Below are positions 62,495 to 64,000 of a stretch of 64,000 nucleotides of DNA, piece after piece (position 1 is the first letter of the stretch; every line of letters starts with the position of its first letter). The notes beneath the pieces are model-generated. The model did no database searches, had not been told where the DNA came from, and saw only the letters and a program-made list of their open reading frames with translations. Origin of the DNA: an uncultured Solirubrobacterales bacterium (GTDB lineage Bacteria; Actinomycetota; Thermoleophilia; Solirubrobacterales; JBBDJG01); assembly GCA_963716195.1 (NCBI GenBank), contig OY970293.1, forward strand, positions 408,462-472,461, given 5' to 3'. A program made the position numbers and the translations under genes.

Positions 62495-62893
62495 TTAGAA
62501 CAGCCGCTGTCTTTCTCGACTGAGCTCGAAACCGTGACCGCTCGGACTTCTGCAAGTAAGTCCAGTCCGCCGTGAGCGGCACCTGAAGGAGCCGAATCGC
62601 CGCGATGTCCCGTAAGGAAGGACGCGCGCCCTGGGGTTTTGGACCGTATCCGTGATCTTGACACGCCTCGCCCTGTCACGGCGGTACAGAAAGAAGCCCG
62701 TGTCACCCAGGGACAGCAGTTCGCAGCGGATGTATGCACCCGGGCCTCCGGACGAAAAGTAAGAGCACACGATGTTCCGGGAGGGAGTCTGAAAGCTCAC
62801 GGCCTTCGCAACTGCCGGGATGGATCCGGAGATGGCGAGCACCCCAATGACGAGGAGCGCGATCGCGGTCCGGCTAGGTCCTAGACGGTCAAC
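62495..62893 (-). CDS. Small secreted Cys-containing hypothetical protein
   Basis: ..TAIALLVIGVLAISGSIPAVAKA then ..FQTPSRNIVCSYF..YIRCELL..FRCRSRRTGLTCRSPSGHGFELS. GTG 62893 assumed as the start. Confidence 0.4.
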   Translation of the reverse strand, partial: VDRLGPSRTAIALLVIGVLAISGSIPAVAKAVSFQTPSRNIVCSYFSSGGPGAYIRCELLSLGDTGFFLYRRDRARRVKITDTVQNPRARVLPYGTSRRFGSFRCRSRRTGLTCRSPSGHGFELSRERQRLF

Positions 62894-62956
62894 GTCCTTA
62901 CGTAGGCAGAGGCGGCTTGGCGGCGACCATCGAGCCGTGGCTTGTCTCACTCCGCC

Positions 62957-62974
62957 AGCCATTCGGCAACGCTA
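62957..62974 (+). repeat. 18-nt intergenic motif, copy 2
   Basis: See 61763-61780. Confidence 0.8.
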
Positions 62975-63068
62975 GTAGAAGCCGCGCCTGCGCGTCAAGA
63001 GACAGCAGAACCGGACCGCCCCGGCGGCGGAAACCGGCGGCGACTATTGTGGGCGACGAAGTTGCTCA

Positions 63069-64000
63069 ATGTCGGTTGAGGTCAACGAAAAATCTTGGGA
63101 TCACGTCCCGCTTCCCGCGGGCGCCACGGTTCGGATCGGACGCGACCCAGCCAACGACATCGTGCTCGAACGCCCGACGGTGTCGCGGTTCCATGCCGAA
63201 GTCATCCGACGACCGAGCGGAGTGACGATACGCGACCTCGGCTCGCGCAATGGGACGAGTTTGGGGGGCAGGCCGGTCAGCAGTGCAGCGCTGAAGGAAG
63301 GCGCCGAGATCCGGATCGGGCCTTATCGAACTCGCTTCGATGGTCAATCGCTTGCCCTGGCGCACGAAGGAGCGATTCGGCGCCTCTCCGCAGAGGCGGT
63401 GTCAGTGACGGTGAGGAAGAAACGGATCCTCGCGCCAACGTCGGTGTCGCTCGAATCCGGTGAGCTCGTGGTGGTCATCGGCGAGAGCGGGTCGGGCAAG
63501 AGCACGCTGCTGAAGTCGATGGCGGGCGTCACGGTTCCGACGGACGGCTTCGTGACAGTCGATGGGGAGTCCGTCAGAGCCGTGATCTCGGAGTTCGGCT
63601 ACCTGCCGCAGGACGAGATCGTCAACGTGCGTTTGACGGTGCGCGAGGCGCTTCGCTACGCGGCACGCCTGCGACTGCCGGACGACACGGACGGCGAGGA
63701 GGTCGACGCGTCGATCGACGGCGTACTTGCGCAACTGGCGCTCAACGAGCACGCGAACACCCTGATCGGCTCCCTTTCAGGCGGTCAGCGCCAGCGAGCG
63801 GGGCTGGCCCCCGAGCTGCTCAATCAGCCGAGCTTCTTGTTCTTGGACGAGCCGACGACTGGACTCGACCCCGGTCTCGAGACCCGCATGATGAGGCTCT
63901 TGCGCGAGTTGGCCGACGGAGGACTGGGCGTGCTAGTCGTCACCCATGCGACCAAGAACCTCGAGCTCGGCGATCGCCTCTTCGTGATGGGCAGGGGCGG
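63069..64000 (+). CDS. FHA-domain ABC transporter ATP-binding protein (Rv1747-like architecture), 3' end outside the window
   Basis: ..VRIGRDPANDIVLERPTVSRFHAEVIRRPSGVTIRDLGSRNGTSLGG.. (FHA). GESGSGKST (Walker A), [23 protein letters not shown]. Not in the ORF track because it has no stop inside the window. Confidence 0.85.
   Translation, partial: MSVEVNEKSWDHVPLPAGATVRIGRDPANDIVLERPTVSRFHAEVIRRPSGVTIRDLGSRNGTSLGGRPVSSAALKEGAEIRIGPYRTRFDGQSLALAHEGAIRRLSAEAVSVTVRKKRILAPTSVSLESGELVVVIGESGSGKSTLLKSMAGVTVPTDGFVTVDGESVRAVISEFGYLPQDEIVNVRLTVREALRYAARLRLPDDTDGEEVDASIDGVLAQLALNEHANTLIGSLSGGQRQRAGLAPELLNQPSFLFLDEPTTGLDPGLETRMMRLLRELADGGLGVLVVTHATKNLELGDRLFVMGRG

Noticed and set aside
1-64000. Genomic island or prophage bounded by the two tRNA-like sequences (5218-5293 and 16500-16650)
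   Set aside because: No integrase, transposase, phage gene or direct repeat was found. Composition looks uniform by eye apart from short intergenic stretches.

Overview
Very GC-rich chromosomal segment that looks Actinomycetota-like. The protein families and the Arg/Ala-rich shadow ORFs resemble Thermoleophilia such as Conexibacter or Solirubrobacter, but this is inference only. About 55 genes are present; no rRNA, CRISPR array, transposase or integrase was seen. Gene order: (1) 3' part of a Tad/Flp pilus locus (cpaF, vWA protein, tadB, tadC, DUF192, membrane methyltransferase); (2) small housekeeping or accessory genes (nfi, SnoaL-like, DoxX-like, hicA-like), several of them frame-disrupted; (3) a four-gene carbohydrate ABC importer; (4) a surface-structure locus. 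This locus has three secreted proteins with TasA/camelysin-like leaders and C-terminal strands, then an odd 151-nt tRNA-like element, then a 1720-aa adhesin with ten nucleotide-identical 327-bp repeats; (5) envelope genes (CHRD protein, flippase-like membrane protein, six-bladed YWTD propeller, ATP-grasp-DUF2332 fusion, CelD/FemAB-like acyltransferase, cupredoxin); (6) regulators and a transporter (ECF sigma fused to an anti-sigma module, MMPL, a truncated ECF sigma, a LuxR-type two-component pair, GNAT); (7) an acetone-carboxylase-like acxABC operon with frameshifts; (8) two tandem adenylate-cyclase/STAND-ATPase/TPR paralogs whose cyclase domains are about 99% identical, with SCP2 genes nearby; (9) APC permease, PQQ-type sugar dehydrogenase, another cyclase, an FHA protein, a SnoaL/catechol-O-methyltransferase gene, a secreted protease cluster (M14 carboxypeptidase, lipoprotein, trypsin-like S1), and the start of an FHA-ABC ATPase. 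A window-wide oddity is about 22 frame disruptions, mostly +1, concentrated in 9 genes, while about 27 kb and 11 kb stretches of long ORFs are untouched. The best candidates for something undescribed are the TasA-like fibre module with its adjacent tRNA-like RNA and repeat adhesin, a basic C-terminal domain shared by unrelated secreted proteins, and the ATP-grasp-DUF2332/CelD pair.
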